From: an uncultured Acidobacteriota bacterium
Lineage (GTDB): Bacteria > Acidobacteriota > Blastocatellia > RBC074
NCBI GenBank assembly: GCA_963796275.1
Contig: CAWCKY010000007.1
Coordinates: forward strand, 256,001-320,000
Length of the DNA stretch: 64,000 bases
Direction: 5' to 3'
The first letter of the stretch is position 1. Each line of letters begins with the position of its first letter. The notes beneath the pieces were generated by a model, which ran no database searches, was not told where the DNA came from, and saw only the letters and a program-made list of their open reading frames with translations. Shown piece by piece: positions 52,167 to 64,000 of the stretch. The position numbers and the translations under genes are program-made.

Positions 52167-53261
52167 TCAAGTCTTCAACCCGAGCCCGAGGACATCGCGA
52201 CAGTATTTAATGCTCTTCTCAAGCTCGGAAATTTGATATTCCTGCTCGGCGATCTTGCGGTCTTTACCTTCGGAAGCCCTGAATGGTTCGCGGGACTTAC
52301 CGCTTCGGGCCATTGCCGCGAACCGCGTGAATTCATAGGCACGCACGTCCTGATAAAATTTCCAGAAGTCCTCTTTCAAATACTGGAACTGCCGTTGGAA
52401 TCCGGAGATTATCTCGAGCTGAACCGAGACGCCGGGACAGAGTTCGGCGAAACGATCGACATATTTCGGCCAATCGACCTGCCCCTCGCCCATCGCGGTC
52501 CATTGCACGACCGCCCCTTCCGCATTCTCCCACACGGCCGAGTCGCGAATGCCCGTCGTTACGGCATATGGCCCGAGGATTTCCAGATTGCGCAGCGGGT
52601 CTTCGAGCGTCCACGTCGCATTACCGGAATCCAGCGTCGCGCCGACATAGTCGCGCCCGCACTCCTCGATCAGGTTCACCAGCTCCCAGGCCTGCATATC
52701 GCCGGCGTGATTTTCGATAGCGATCCTCACGCCCGCATCGGTCGCGCGGCTCCGCACGGCCCGGCATACCTTGATCGTGTCTTTAAACCGCCCGTCGAGT
52801 CCTCCCGGAAGTTTACGATCGTCGGCCGTCCCTTGATAGCATCGCACGACCGGTGAGCCGACGGCCTGCGCGACGCGGATAGCAAGCGCTAGATGTTCTT
52901 CCGCCGTGCCGAATCGCGGGTTGAAACTTTTCGCGGACGGGCAGATGCTCCCAGTGCCTGCCTGAATCTCTATCCCTCGGTCGTCAGCCTTTTTCCTGAT
53001 CTCTTTCAGGTAAGATTCATCGTGTTTTTCATAGACGTCGAGGTCAGAAAAAAGAACCGTGTCGACTTTGAGCTTTGCCGCGTAATCGATAAGCTGGGGG
53101 GCTTTCCACCCCATGGCTCGTATCGAGAAGTTATCGAAGCCGAGTTTGATGCCGCGGCGTTTGGGTGATTGTTCGAAGTGAGGATCTAAGTTTGCAGCAA
53201 GAGTAGTCATCGCAAATGAGTTGATAAATTGACGGCGTGATTGATCGAAGTAAGGTTTCAT
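52167..53261 (-). CDS. Sugar-phosphate isomerase/epimerase (xylose isomerase-like TIM barrel), Tat-like signal
   Basis: [18 protein letters not shown] and GEGQVDW. Confidence 0.85.
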   Translation of the reverse strand: MKPYFDQSRRQFINSFAMTTLAANLDPHFEQSPKRRGIKLGFDNFSIRAMGWKAPQLIDYAAKLKVDTVLFSDLDVYEKHDESYLKEIRKKADDRGIEIQAGTGSICPSAKSFNPRFGTAEEHLALAIRVAQAVGSPVVRCYQGTADDRKLPGGLDGRFKDTIKVCRAVRSRATDAGVRIAIENHAGDMQAWELVNLIEECGRDYVGATLDSGNATWTLEDPLRNLEILGPYAVTTGIRDSAVWENAEGAVVQWTAMGEGQVDWPKYVDRFAELCPGVSVQLEIISGFQRQFQYLKEDFWKFYQDVRAYEFTRFAAMARSGKSREPFRASEGKDRKIAEQEYQISELEKSIKYCRDVLGLGLKT

Positions 53262-53341
53262 GTTGAATGTCCGGGACTGGATTCGGCCGGCTCCCGAGCC
53301 TGCCGCGCTTTCGAAACATCATCCGGGAAAATTTTCTGTCG

Positions 53342-54136
53342 CTACTTAAGTCGTTGCTCCAGCATCCATTTCATCAGTTCCATCTCTGCGTATGCCTTGT
53401 CCCACGAGTTATGCCCGACACTCTCATATTCGGTATATTTCACGTTTCCTCCGGCAGTTTTTAAGGCTTCGTTCATCTTACGCGACTCTTCGGTCGGTAC
53501 AACATTGTCTTCGCCGCCGTGGAAAATCCAGACCGGCGTCTGGCCGATCTTCTTGGCGGATTGAGCATAAGGATCGAGATTCGGGTCGATGTTTTTCATC
53601 TCCTCGGGCAAGGACGCAGCGGCGCGCACCGGCGGACGAATCCCCCCGCAGACCGGAGCCAGCGCGGCAAACCTGCCGGGGTTCTTCGCGGCAATGCTCC
53701 ACGTGCCGTAGCCACCCATCGATATTCCAGTCAGGTACAGCCGGTCGGTATCGCCGTTGAACTCTTTGACCGATTGCTCCAAGGCTTTTATGGCTTGTTC
53801 CTGCATCGACTGATGCAGCCACCAGAGATTCTTGCGGCATTGCGGTAATACGACGATCGCGGGGAATCGATCGACATACCGGCGAATTGCGGTGCCGATG
53901 CCGACTTCGGTCTGGATCAGACCGTCATCGCCCCGTTCACCCGCTCCGTGAAGAAATAGTATGACGGGCCATTTTTGATTTTTATTCCAATCTCTTGGTA
54001 CGTAGACCTGGTAGCGGTAGGTCTCGTTTCCGTCTTTAACTATGCGATCGAGGAATCCCGTCTCTCCGGCCCTTGCGTTCACGGCGAATAATAAGAGAAA
54101 TAGTATTGAACAGGCTAAATAGTGTAATTTGCTCAT
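53342..54136 (-). CDS. Exported alpha/beta hydrolase (esterase/peptidase)
   Basis: LFLHGAGE, GISMGG, FHGGED and GHNSW triad motifs. Confidence 0.88.
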   Translation of the reverse strand: MSKLHYLACSILFLLLFAVNARAGETGFLDRIVKDGNETYRYQVYVPRDWNKNQKWPVILFLHGAGERGDDGLIQTEVGIGTAIRRYVDRFPAIVVLPQCRKNLWWLHQSMQEQAIKALEQSVKEFNGDTDRLYLTGISMGGYGTWSIAAKNPGRFAALAPVCGGIRPPVRAAASLPEEMKNIDPNLDPYAQSAKKIGQTPVWIFHGGEDNVVPTEESRKMNEALKTAGGNVKYTEYESVGHNSWDKAYAEMELMKWMLEQRLK

Positions 54137-54403
54137 TCTGTTGCCCTTTGAAGATGAATGTGCGGACGCATTCTATTCGCCTGTCTCCAACTCCGCAAGC
54201 CGGGATCTAACTCGGGTTTCCACGATTCGGGGAAATATATCCAGCTATGATCTTCGTTTTTTCTTGAAATCTATAAAATCTATGGATTTTTGATATTCTT
54301 ATGGAACCAAACTATGTCTTGATCCGTAGCATCTGTTCGAGTAGCATCCACTGTCGAAGGCAATACACAGGCTCCCTTGCCGACATTTCAGAGGTGAAGT
54401 TAA

Positions 54404-55735
54404 ATGATATCTGCAAAGAAGGCAGTCATAGTTTTATCCTGCCTCTCCTTTTTTTCCATAGTCGGGCGAGCTCAGCAATTTCAGATCAAAACGCATAATT
54501 TGAAGAACGGAATGAAGATCATCGTCGAGGAAGACCGTTCTATCCCAAACGTAGCGCTTTATATCTTTTACCGCATCGGCTCGCGCAACGAACGTCCGGG
54601 AACGACGGGTTTATCACATTTCTTCGAGCATATGATGTTCAATGGCGCGAAGAAGTACGGTCCGAAGCAGTTCGATCAGGTGATGGAGGCTTCTGGAGGC
54701 TCGAATAATGCTTACACCAGCCGCGATCTGACCGTCTACCAGGATTGGTTTCCCAAATCGGTAACCGAACTGATCTTCGACCTCGAGTCCGACCGCATCG
54801 CCAATCTGAGCTTCGATCCCAAGATTATCGAATCAGAACGCGGAGTAGTGGCGTCGGAACGCCGATCTTCGGTCGATAACGATAATTTCGGTATTCTCTT
54901 CGAGCAGCTCTATTCGTCTGCCTACATCGCTCATCCATATCAATGGCCGATAGTGGGATGGATGGTTGATATCGAAAACTGGAAGATGGAGGACCTCAAA
55001 CGCCATTTCGAGATGGGTTATTCGCCTTCGAACGCGACGATGGTGGTGAGCGGAGACGTGAACGCGGAAGAGATTTTCCGCCTCGCCGAGAAATACATCG
55101 AACCGATCAAATCGCACACGCCGCCGGCGGCCGTGACGACGAGCGAGCCGGAGCAATTCGGCGAGCGGCGGGTGACGGTGAGAAAATTCGGCCAATTACC
55201 GATCTTGATGCTCGGCTATCACGTGCCGCAAGCTGCCAGTTCCGATTATTACGCGCTGCGGGTTTTTGAGACGATACTCTTTGCCGGCCAAAGCTCGAGG
55301 ATGTATCAACGTATCGTAGACAAGGATCAGCTGGGCCTGTTTATCGATAGCGATATGAGTTTCTCATTCGATCCGACATTGTTCGCGATAGTCACGCAGC
55401 CTAAAGCCGGCGTCAAGCCGGAGGCGGTCGAGCGCGCAATCTACGAGGAACTCGACCGAGTCAAATCACAACCGGTGATGGACCAGGAACTGGAGAAGGC
55501 GAAAAACATCCTGCTCGCCAATTTCTACCGAGAGATGAAGACGATCAACGGTAAAGCCAATACGATCGGGAGCTACGAGGTTTTTTTCGGCGATTACCGA
55601 AAACTCTTTACGGCCGCCGAGGAATACCAAAAGGTGACGAAGGAAGATGTGAAACGGGTTGCGCAAAAGTATTTCAGCGATAAGAACCGAACGGTCGCCA
55701 CGCTGGTTCCGGAGAAACAGGAGGAGGGGAAATAG
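54404..55735 (+). CDS. M16 (pitrilysin-family) zinc peptidase, catalytic subunit
   Basis: HFFEH (HxxEH), NAYT and downstream ER..V.SER. Confidence 0.92.
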   Translation: MISAKKAVIVLSCLSFFSIVGRAQQFQIKTHNLKNGMKIIVEEDRSIPNVALYIFYRIGSRNERPGTTGLSHFFEHMMFNGAKKYGPKQFDQVMEASGGSNNAYTSRDLTVYQDWFPKSVTELIFDLESDRIANLSFDPKIIESERGVVASERRSSVDNDNFGILFEQLYSSAYIAHPYQWPIVGWMVDIENWKMEDLKRHFEMGYSPSNATMVVSGDVNAEEIFRLAEKYIEPIKSHTPPAAVTTSEPEQFGERRVTVRKFGQLPILMLGYHVPQAASSDYYALRVFETILFAGQSSRMYQRIVDKDQLGLFIDSDMSFSFDPTLFAIVTQPKAGVKPEAVERAIYEELDRVKSQPVMDQELEKAKNILLANFYREMKTINGKANTIGSYEVFFGDYRKLFTAAEEYQKVTKEDVKRVAQKYFSDKNRTVATLVPEKQEEGK

Positions 55736-55782
55736 TTTTCAGTTTTCAGTGATAGTACGTCTCAACTTAAAACTTAAAACTG
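55730..55782. repeat. Inverted heptamer-array element
   Basis: AAATAGTTTTCAGTTTTCAG ... AACTTAAAACTTAAAACT; overlaps the stop codon. Confidence 0.8.
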
Positions 55783-55800
55783 TCCTGCTGGTGCACGATT

Positions 55801-57201
55801 ATGTTGAAACGATATTTGACGCTTTTATCGATCCTTCTGTTGGCGATCTTTATCCATGCCCCGCTAATCGCTCAAAGCGATGGGCTCAAGCTACCGCCGT
55901 ACAAGAAGTTGAAACTGAAGAACGGTATGACAATTTTGCTCTTGGAGCAACATGAGGTTCCGCTCGTCAGTTTCAGTTTTATCGTCAAAGCGGGATCGGT
56001 GGCTGATCCCGCGGGCAAAGAGGGATTGGCGGCTACGACGGCGGGCCTGCTGAGGAAAGGCGCCAAGGGGCGCACGGCGGACCAGATTTCAGCCGAATTG
56101 GATTTTATCGGCGGACAGCTCGTCTCGAGTGCTGGGGTTGACTATACGATCGGCAGAGCGGAGTTCGTCAAAAAAGACATCGATAAAGGATTAGACCTGC
56201 TGGCCGATGTCATGCTCAATCCGACCTTTCCTGAGGATGAAGTAACAAAGTTAATCAAGCAGAGCGTCGATGGGATCATCTCCGCCAAAGACCAGGCGGA
56301 CGAGGTTATCGGCGTTTATTTCAACGCCTATCTTTACGGTAAGCACCCGTACGGTCGTCCGGCGAGCGGCGACGAGAAATCGCTCGCCTCGATCACCCGC
56401 GACGATGTACTCAAGTATTACCAAACCTATTACACGCCATCGAACGTAATTCTGGCGGCGGCCGGCGATTTCGATTCGGCTGAGATGGAGCGGCGGTTAA
56501 CGGAGAAGTTCGGCTCATGGCCCTCAAAAACAGCGCCGGCGGTAAACCTGCCCGAGGCCTCGCCACAGTCGGGTAAACGCCTGCTTCTGGTCGATAAACC
56601 TGATTCGACGCAGACTTACTATCAGATCGGAAATCTCGGAATCGCGCGCAATAACCCGGACCGCGTCTATATCAATGTATTGAATACTCTGTTCGGGGGC
56701 CGCTTCACTTCAATGCTAAATGACGCCTTACGCGTGAGTTCGGGTTTGACCTATGGCGCGAGGTCATCTTTCGATCAACGCAAATCGCGCGGATCTTTTG
56801 TCATCTCGACATTCACGAGCAATGAGAACACGGAAAAAGCGGTCGATATGACGCTCGCCATTCTCAAGCGACTGCACGAGAAGGGGATCACGGAAGCGGA
56901 TTTGAAATCGGCTAAGAACTATATCAAGGGCCAGTTTCCGCCACAGATCGAGACCAATGATCAACTGGCCGGGCTCATCGCCCAGCTTGAGTTCTTCGGG
57001 TTGGATGAGCGAGACATCAACGAATACTATGCGAAGATTGACGCGATGACGTTGGCCGATGCACAGCGAGTGATAAAGCAATATTTTCCGCTCGAGAATC
57101 TGGTTTTCGTCCTGATCGGAAAATCGGGGGAGATCGAGAGCATCGCCAAGAAATACGCGCCGAAAATCGATAACAGGTCAATCAGCCAGCCGGGCTTTTA
57201 A
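55801..57201 (+). CDS. M16 peptidase, non-catalytic partner subunit
   Basis: LKNG N-terminus, no HxxEH, and LR...GLTYG motif. Confidence 0.88.
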   Translation: MLKRYLTLLSILLLAIFIHAPLIAQSDGLKLPPYKKLKLKNGMTILLLEQHEVPLVSFSFIVKAGSVADPAGKEGLAATTAGLLRKGAKGRTADQISAELDFIGGQLVSSAGVDYTIGRAEFVKKDIDKGLDLLADVMLNPTFPEDEVTKLIKQSVDGIISAKDQADEVIGVYFNAYLYGKHPYGRPASGDEKSLASITRDDVLKYYQTYYTPSNVILAAAGDFDSAEMERRLTEKFGSWPSKTAPAVNLPEASPQSGKRLLLVDKPDSTQTYYQIGNLGIARNNPDRVYINVLNTLFGGRFTSMLNDALRVSSGLTYGARSSFDQRKSRGSFVISTFTSNENTEKAVDMTLAILKRLHEKGITEADLKSAKNYIKGQFPPQIETNDQLAGLIAQLEFFGLDERDINEYYAKIDAMTLADAQRVIKQYFPLENLVFVLIGKSGEIESIAKKYAPKIDNRSISQPGF

Positions 57202-57329
57202 GCAGGATGCGATGTCCGCATCACGAGGGGGACAATCACGGGGGTATACAGGGTATTCTCATCAAGCGCCCTTTGATCCTGAAAATCCTGCAAAGTCCTG
57301 ATATTCCTGTCTATTTTCGAGGAGATGAT

Positions 57330-60713
<3,384 letters not shown>

Positions 60714-60728
60714 GAACAGATTTCCGGA

Positions 60729-60765
60729 GTTACTGCTCAGATCGATTCCTCGGTCTGAGCAGTTA
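60729..60765. repeat. Short palindrome with GTTACTGCTCAG ... CTGAGCAGTTA termini
   Basis: Same terminal sequence as 20775-20986 and 50204-50253 with an unrelated interior. Confidence 0.7.
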
Positions 60766-60862
60766 AAACTCGAAACCCTGAATTTTTAGCCTGTTGTTGG
60801 AACCAGACGCCTGACCGCGAACTGGAACTGTAACTGGAAACATTTTGTGGGAGATCTTCACA

Positions 60863-63800
60863 ATGAAACGCGCGATCATCGCAATCTTTCTTTCATTAAC
60901 ATTCGGATCCATCTGTTTAGCGCAGGACAATCTCTTGTTATTTCAACATCCGACACTGAGCAAAACGCACATCGCATTCAGTTTTGCCGGTGATCTCTGG
61001 ATTGTTGCGCGCGAAGGTGGAGTGGCCACTCAACTGACGACCGGTATCGGTGATGAGCTTGCGCCAATCTTTTCGCCGGATGGCATGACGATAGCATTCA
61101 CCGGCCAGTATGACGGCAATTACGATATCTTCATCGTTCCTGCGACCGGCGGTGTGCCGAAGCGGTTGACCTTTCATCCCGGGTCTGATGTCGCGGTCTC
61201 CTGGATGCCCGATGGAAAGAGCATCCTCTTCCGTTCTGCGCGACGGAGTTATTCACGATTCCAGCGTTTCTTCACAATCCCGGCGGATGGCGGGTTTGAG
61301 GTCGAGGTACCCTTGCCGATGGCTCATGATGGGGTCTATTCACCCGACGGCTCGCATCTTGCCTACATGCCGATCGCCCCGGCTTTCGCACAATGGAAGA
61401 ATTATCGGGGCGGGAGGACGACAAAAATCTGGATGGCTAATTTGGCCAATTCGAGCATTGTAGAAATACCCCGACAGAATTCGAACGACTACAATCCGAT
61501 GTGGATCGGGAATAAGGTCTACTTCCTATCCGATCGGAACGGCAGTATCACGCTCTTCGCGTACGACACGAATACGAAGCGAGTTACACAACTCATCAAA
61601 AATGACAGTCTCGATATTAAATCAGCCGCCGCCGGTCCGGATGCGATCGTTTATGAGCAATTCGGTGAGATCAATCTCTACGATTTGAAGTCTGGCAAGA
61701 CGAGCAAGGTCAACATAACGGTTAACGGCGATCTCGCGAGCGTGCGTCCGCGCTACGAGAAGGCGGGGGCGCGCATCAGCAACATCGCATTATCTCCGAC
61801 GGGTGCACGCGCCATATTTGAGGCTCGCGGTGAGATCCTTTCGGTACCGGCAGAGAAGGGAAATGCGCGTAATCTGACCAATTCGCCCGGCGTGGCTGAC
61901 CGTGATCCGGCGTGGTCGCCGAACGGCAGGTCGATCGCCTACTTCTCCGACGAATCGGGCGAATACGCGCTGCATATTCGTGATCAGAGCGGAATGGGCG
62001 AAGTGAAGAAGATCGGCCTCGGCGATCCGCCGTCATATTTCTATTCGCCGCTCTGGTCGCCTGACAGCAAGAAGATCGCTTACACCGACAAGCGATTGAA
62101 TCTCTGGTATGTCGACATCGAGAAGGGCACGCCTGTCAAAGTCGATACGAACACATACGAAAACCCGTGGCGCGTGATGGATCCGAACTGGTCGCCCGAT
62201 AACAAATGGATCACATACACAAAACAATTGAATAACCGGATGTGCGCAGTCTTCGTCTACTCGCTCGAAACCGGTAAAAGCACGCAGGTGACAGATGGCA
62301 TGAGCGATGCCCGTTTCGCCAACTTCGACAAGAACGGCAAATACCTCTATTTCACAGCCAGCACCAATGCCGGCCCGACGACGGGATGGTTGGATATGTC
62401 GAGTTTTCCGCATCAGCCGACCCGCAGCGTCTACCTCATCGTTTTGAAGAAAGGCGAGCCTTCACCGCTTGCGCCGGAAAGCGATGAGGAGAAGGTCGCG
62501 GATGAGAAGAAAGACGAGAAGAAGGACGAAGCTCAAAAAGATCAGACAAAACCTGACGCAAAGAAGGGTGATGTAACTGTCACAATCGATTTTGCTGGCA
62601 TTTCTCAGCGCATCCTGGCGCTCCCCATACCATCGCGCGACTATGTTGGCATGGGCGTGGGAAAAACTGGCATTATCTTCATTGCCGAGACAACTCCGGC
62701 GCCTGCGGTCTTAGGAACGGGGGGCGTGACAATCCACAAATTCGAGCTGGCGAAGAGGAAGATCGATAAAGTTCTCGACGGTGTGACTGCATTCACAATT
62801 TCAAACAACGGCGAGAAGATGCTCTTCGCCCAAGGCGCCGGCCCAGCTCGGCGCTTCACCATCGCGCCGGCCATGACGCCTATGAAGCCGGGCGAGGGCG
62901 CACTCAAGATCGGGGAGATGGAGGTTTATGTCGATCCGAAAGCCGAATGGCGACAGATGTATAACGAGGTATGGCGCATTCAACGCGACTTCTTTTATGA
63001 CCCGGCGCTGCACGGCCTGAACTACGAGGGTACAAAGAAGAAGTATGAGGGATATCTGGAAAAGATTGCGCACCGCGAAGATTTGAACTATCTCTTCCGC
63101 GAGATGCTCGGCAATATGTCGGTCGGGCATCACAATAGTCTCGGCGGTGACGCCCCGCAACCCAACCAGGTGCAAGGCGGGCTGCTCGGCTGCGATTTCA
63201 AAGTCGAAAACGGCCGCTATCGCTTCGCCAAGATTTTCAACGGCGAGAATTGGAATCCGAATCTGCGCGCCCCGCTCACGCAACCCGGCGTCGATGTGAA
63301 TGTCGACGATTACCTCATCGCCGTCAACGGGCGCGAGGTGCGCTCGACGGATAATGTCTACGCTTTCTTTGAGAGCAAGGCCGGCAAGCAGGTCGTGATA
63401 AAAGTCAGCGCGAATCCGGACGGGTCGAGTGCGCGCGAATATACGGTCGTCCCGGTTGCGAACGAGACGGCGCTCCGCAATCTCGAGTGGATCGAGAGTA
63501 ACCGCCGCAAGGTCGATCAACTGAGCGGAGGCAAACTCGCTTATGTCTATCTGCCAGATACAGCCGGTGGCGGCTACACCAATTTCAACCGCTATTACTT
63601 TTCGCAGATCGACAAAGAGGGAGCGGTGATCGACGAACGCTTCAACGGCGGAGGGACGGCGGCGGATTACATCATTGACTACATGAATCGACCGTTGATG
63701 AACCGGTGGGCGACGCGCGAGGGCGAGGACTTCTCGACGCCATCAGCCTCGATCTATGGCCCGAAGGCGATGATCGTCAATGAATACGCGGGTAGCGGCG

Positions 63801-64000
63801 GTGATCTCATGCCCTGGCTTTTCCGAAAGGCGGGGATCGGTCCTCTGATCGGCAAGCGAACGTGGGGCGGACTGGTCGGTATTTACGATTACCCGGAATT
63901 AATTGATGGCGGCTTCGTCACTGCGCCGCGTGTGGCCTTTTACAACCTGCAGGGCGAGTGGGAAGTGGAGAATTTCGGCACGCCGCCCGATTTCGAAGTC
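60863..64000 (+). CDS. Second tricorn-family protease, 3'-truncated by window edge
   Basis: ATG 60863 (MKRAIIAIFL...); still in the same frame at the window end (EVENFGTPPDFEV). MSVGH, AGSGGD and RTWGG. Absent from the ORF track because no stop falls in the window. Confidence 0.92.
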   Translation, partial: MKRAIIAIFLSLTFGSICLAQDNLLLFQHPTLSKTHIAFSFAGDLWIVAREGGVATQLTTGIGDELAPIFSPDGMTIAFTGQYDGNYDIFIVPATGGVPKRLTFHPGSDVAVSWMPDGKSILFRSARRSYSRFQRFFTIPADGGFEVEVPLPMAHDGVYSPDGSHLAYMPIAPAFAQWKNYRGGRTTKIWMANLANSSIVEIPRQNSNDYNPMWIGNKVYFLSDRNGSITLFAYDTNTKRVTQLIKNDSLDIKSAAAGPDAIVYEQFGEINLYDLKSGKTSKVNITVNGDLASVRPRYEKAGARISNIALSPTGARAIFEARGEILSVPAEKGNARNLTNSPGVADRDPAWSPNGRSIAYFSDESGEYALHIRDQSGMGEVKKIGLGDPPSYFYSPLWSPDSKKIAYTDKRLNLWYVDIEKGTPVKVDTNTYENPWRVMDPNWSPDNKWITYTKQLNNRMCAVFVYSLETGKSTQVTDGMSDARFANFDKNGKYLYFTASTNAGPTTGWLDMSSFPHQPTRSVYLIVLKKGEPSPLAPESDEEKVADEKKDEKKDEAQKDQTKPDAKKGDVTVTIDFAGISQRILALPIPSRDYVGMGVGKTGIIFIAETTPAPAVLGTGGVTIHKFELAKRKIDKVLDGVTAFTISNNGEKMLFAQGAGPARRFTIAPAMTPMKPGEGALKIGEMEVYVDPKAEWRQMYNEVWRIQRDFFYDPALHGLNYEGTKKKYEGYLEKIAHREDLNYLFREMLGNMSVGHHNSLGGDAPQPNQVQGGLLGCDFKVENGRYRFAKIFNGENWNPNLRAPLTQPGVDVNVDDYLIAVNGREVRSTDNVYAFFESKAGKQVVIKVSANPDGSSAREYTVVPVANETALRNLEWIESNRRKVDQLSGGKLAYVYLPDTAGGGYTNFNRYYFSQIDKEGAVIDERFNGGGTAADYIIDYMNRPLMNRWATREGEDFSTPSASIYGPKAMIVNEYAGSGGDLMPWLFRKAGIGPLIGKRTWGGLVGIYDYPELIDGGFVTAPRVAFYNLQGEWEVENFGTPPDFEV

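Overview
Bacterial chromosomal DNA, most likely Acidobacteriota. This is inferred from the acidobacterial-type PadR with an ADOP-permease relic, an Oar-type TonB receptor and a CRTAC1/TPR pair. Contents in order: the tail of a 4Fe-4S membrane-protein operon; a Tat glycoside hydrolase; a Y1/HUH (IS200-like, REP-associated) transposase inside a four-REP palindrome; TPR, CRTAC1 and TonB genes; a sulfatase with FGE; a complete caa3 oxidase + cytochrome bc operon with a CtaG-polyferredoxin fusion; a probable sigma54 operon (GH63-like, GMC, MFS, GDH, glgX, ndh); tRNA-Cys; thiolase; recA (1-nt frameshift); a selenocysteine-containing selD (UGA + SECIS, missed by the ORF track) followed by an RclA-like reductase, egtB and a PLP enzyme; an M16 peptidase pair; and two tandem tricorn proteases. 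Intergenic DNA is saturated with several families of nested palindromic elements (REP/REPIN-like, MITE-like, heptamer arrays). The most notable signals are four. (1) Two REP-anchored tandem duplications carry pieces of the neighbouring gene, and one differs from the resident gene only at synonymous sites. (2) The autonomous and non-autonomous forms of one REP element are both in the window. (3) There is a selD(Sec)-reductase-egtB-PLP gene run. (4) A rod-shaped candidate ncRNA lies upstream of recA. All calls come from reading the sequence by eye; no searches were run.
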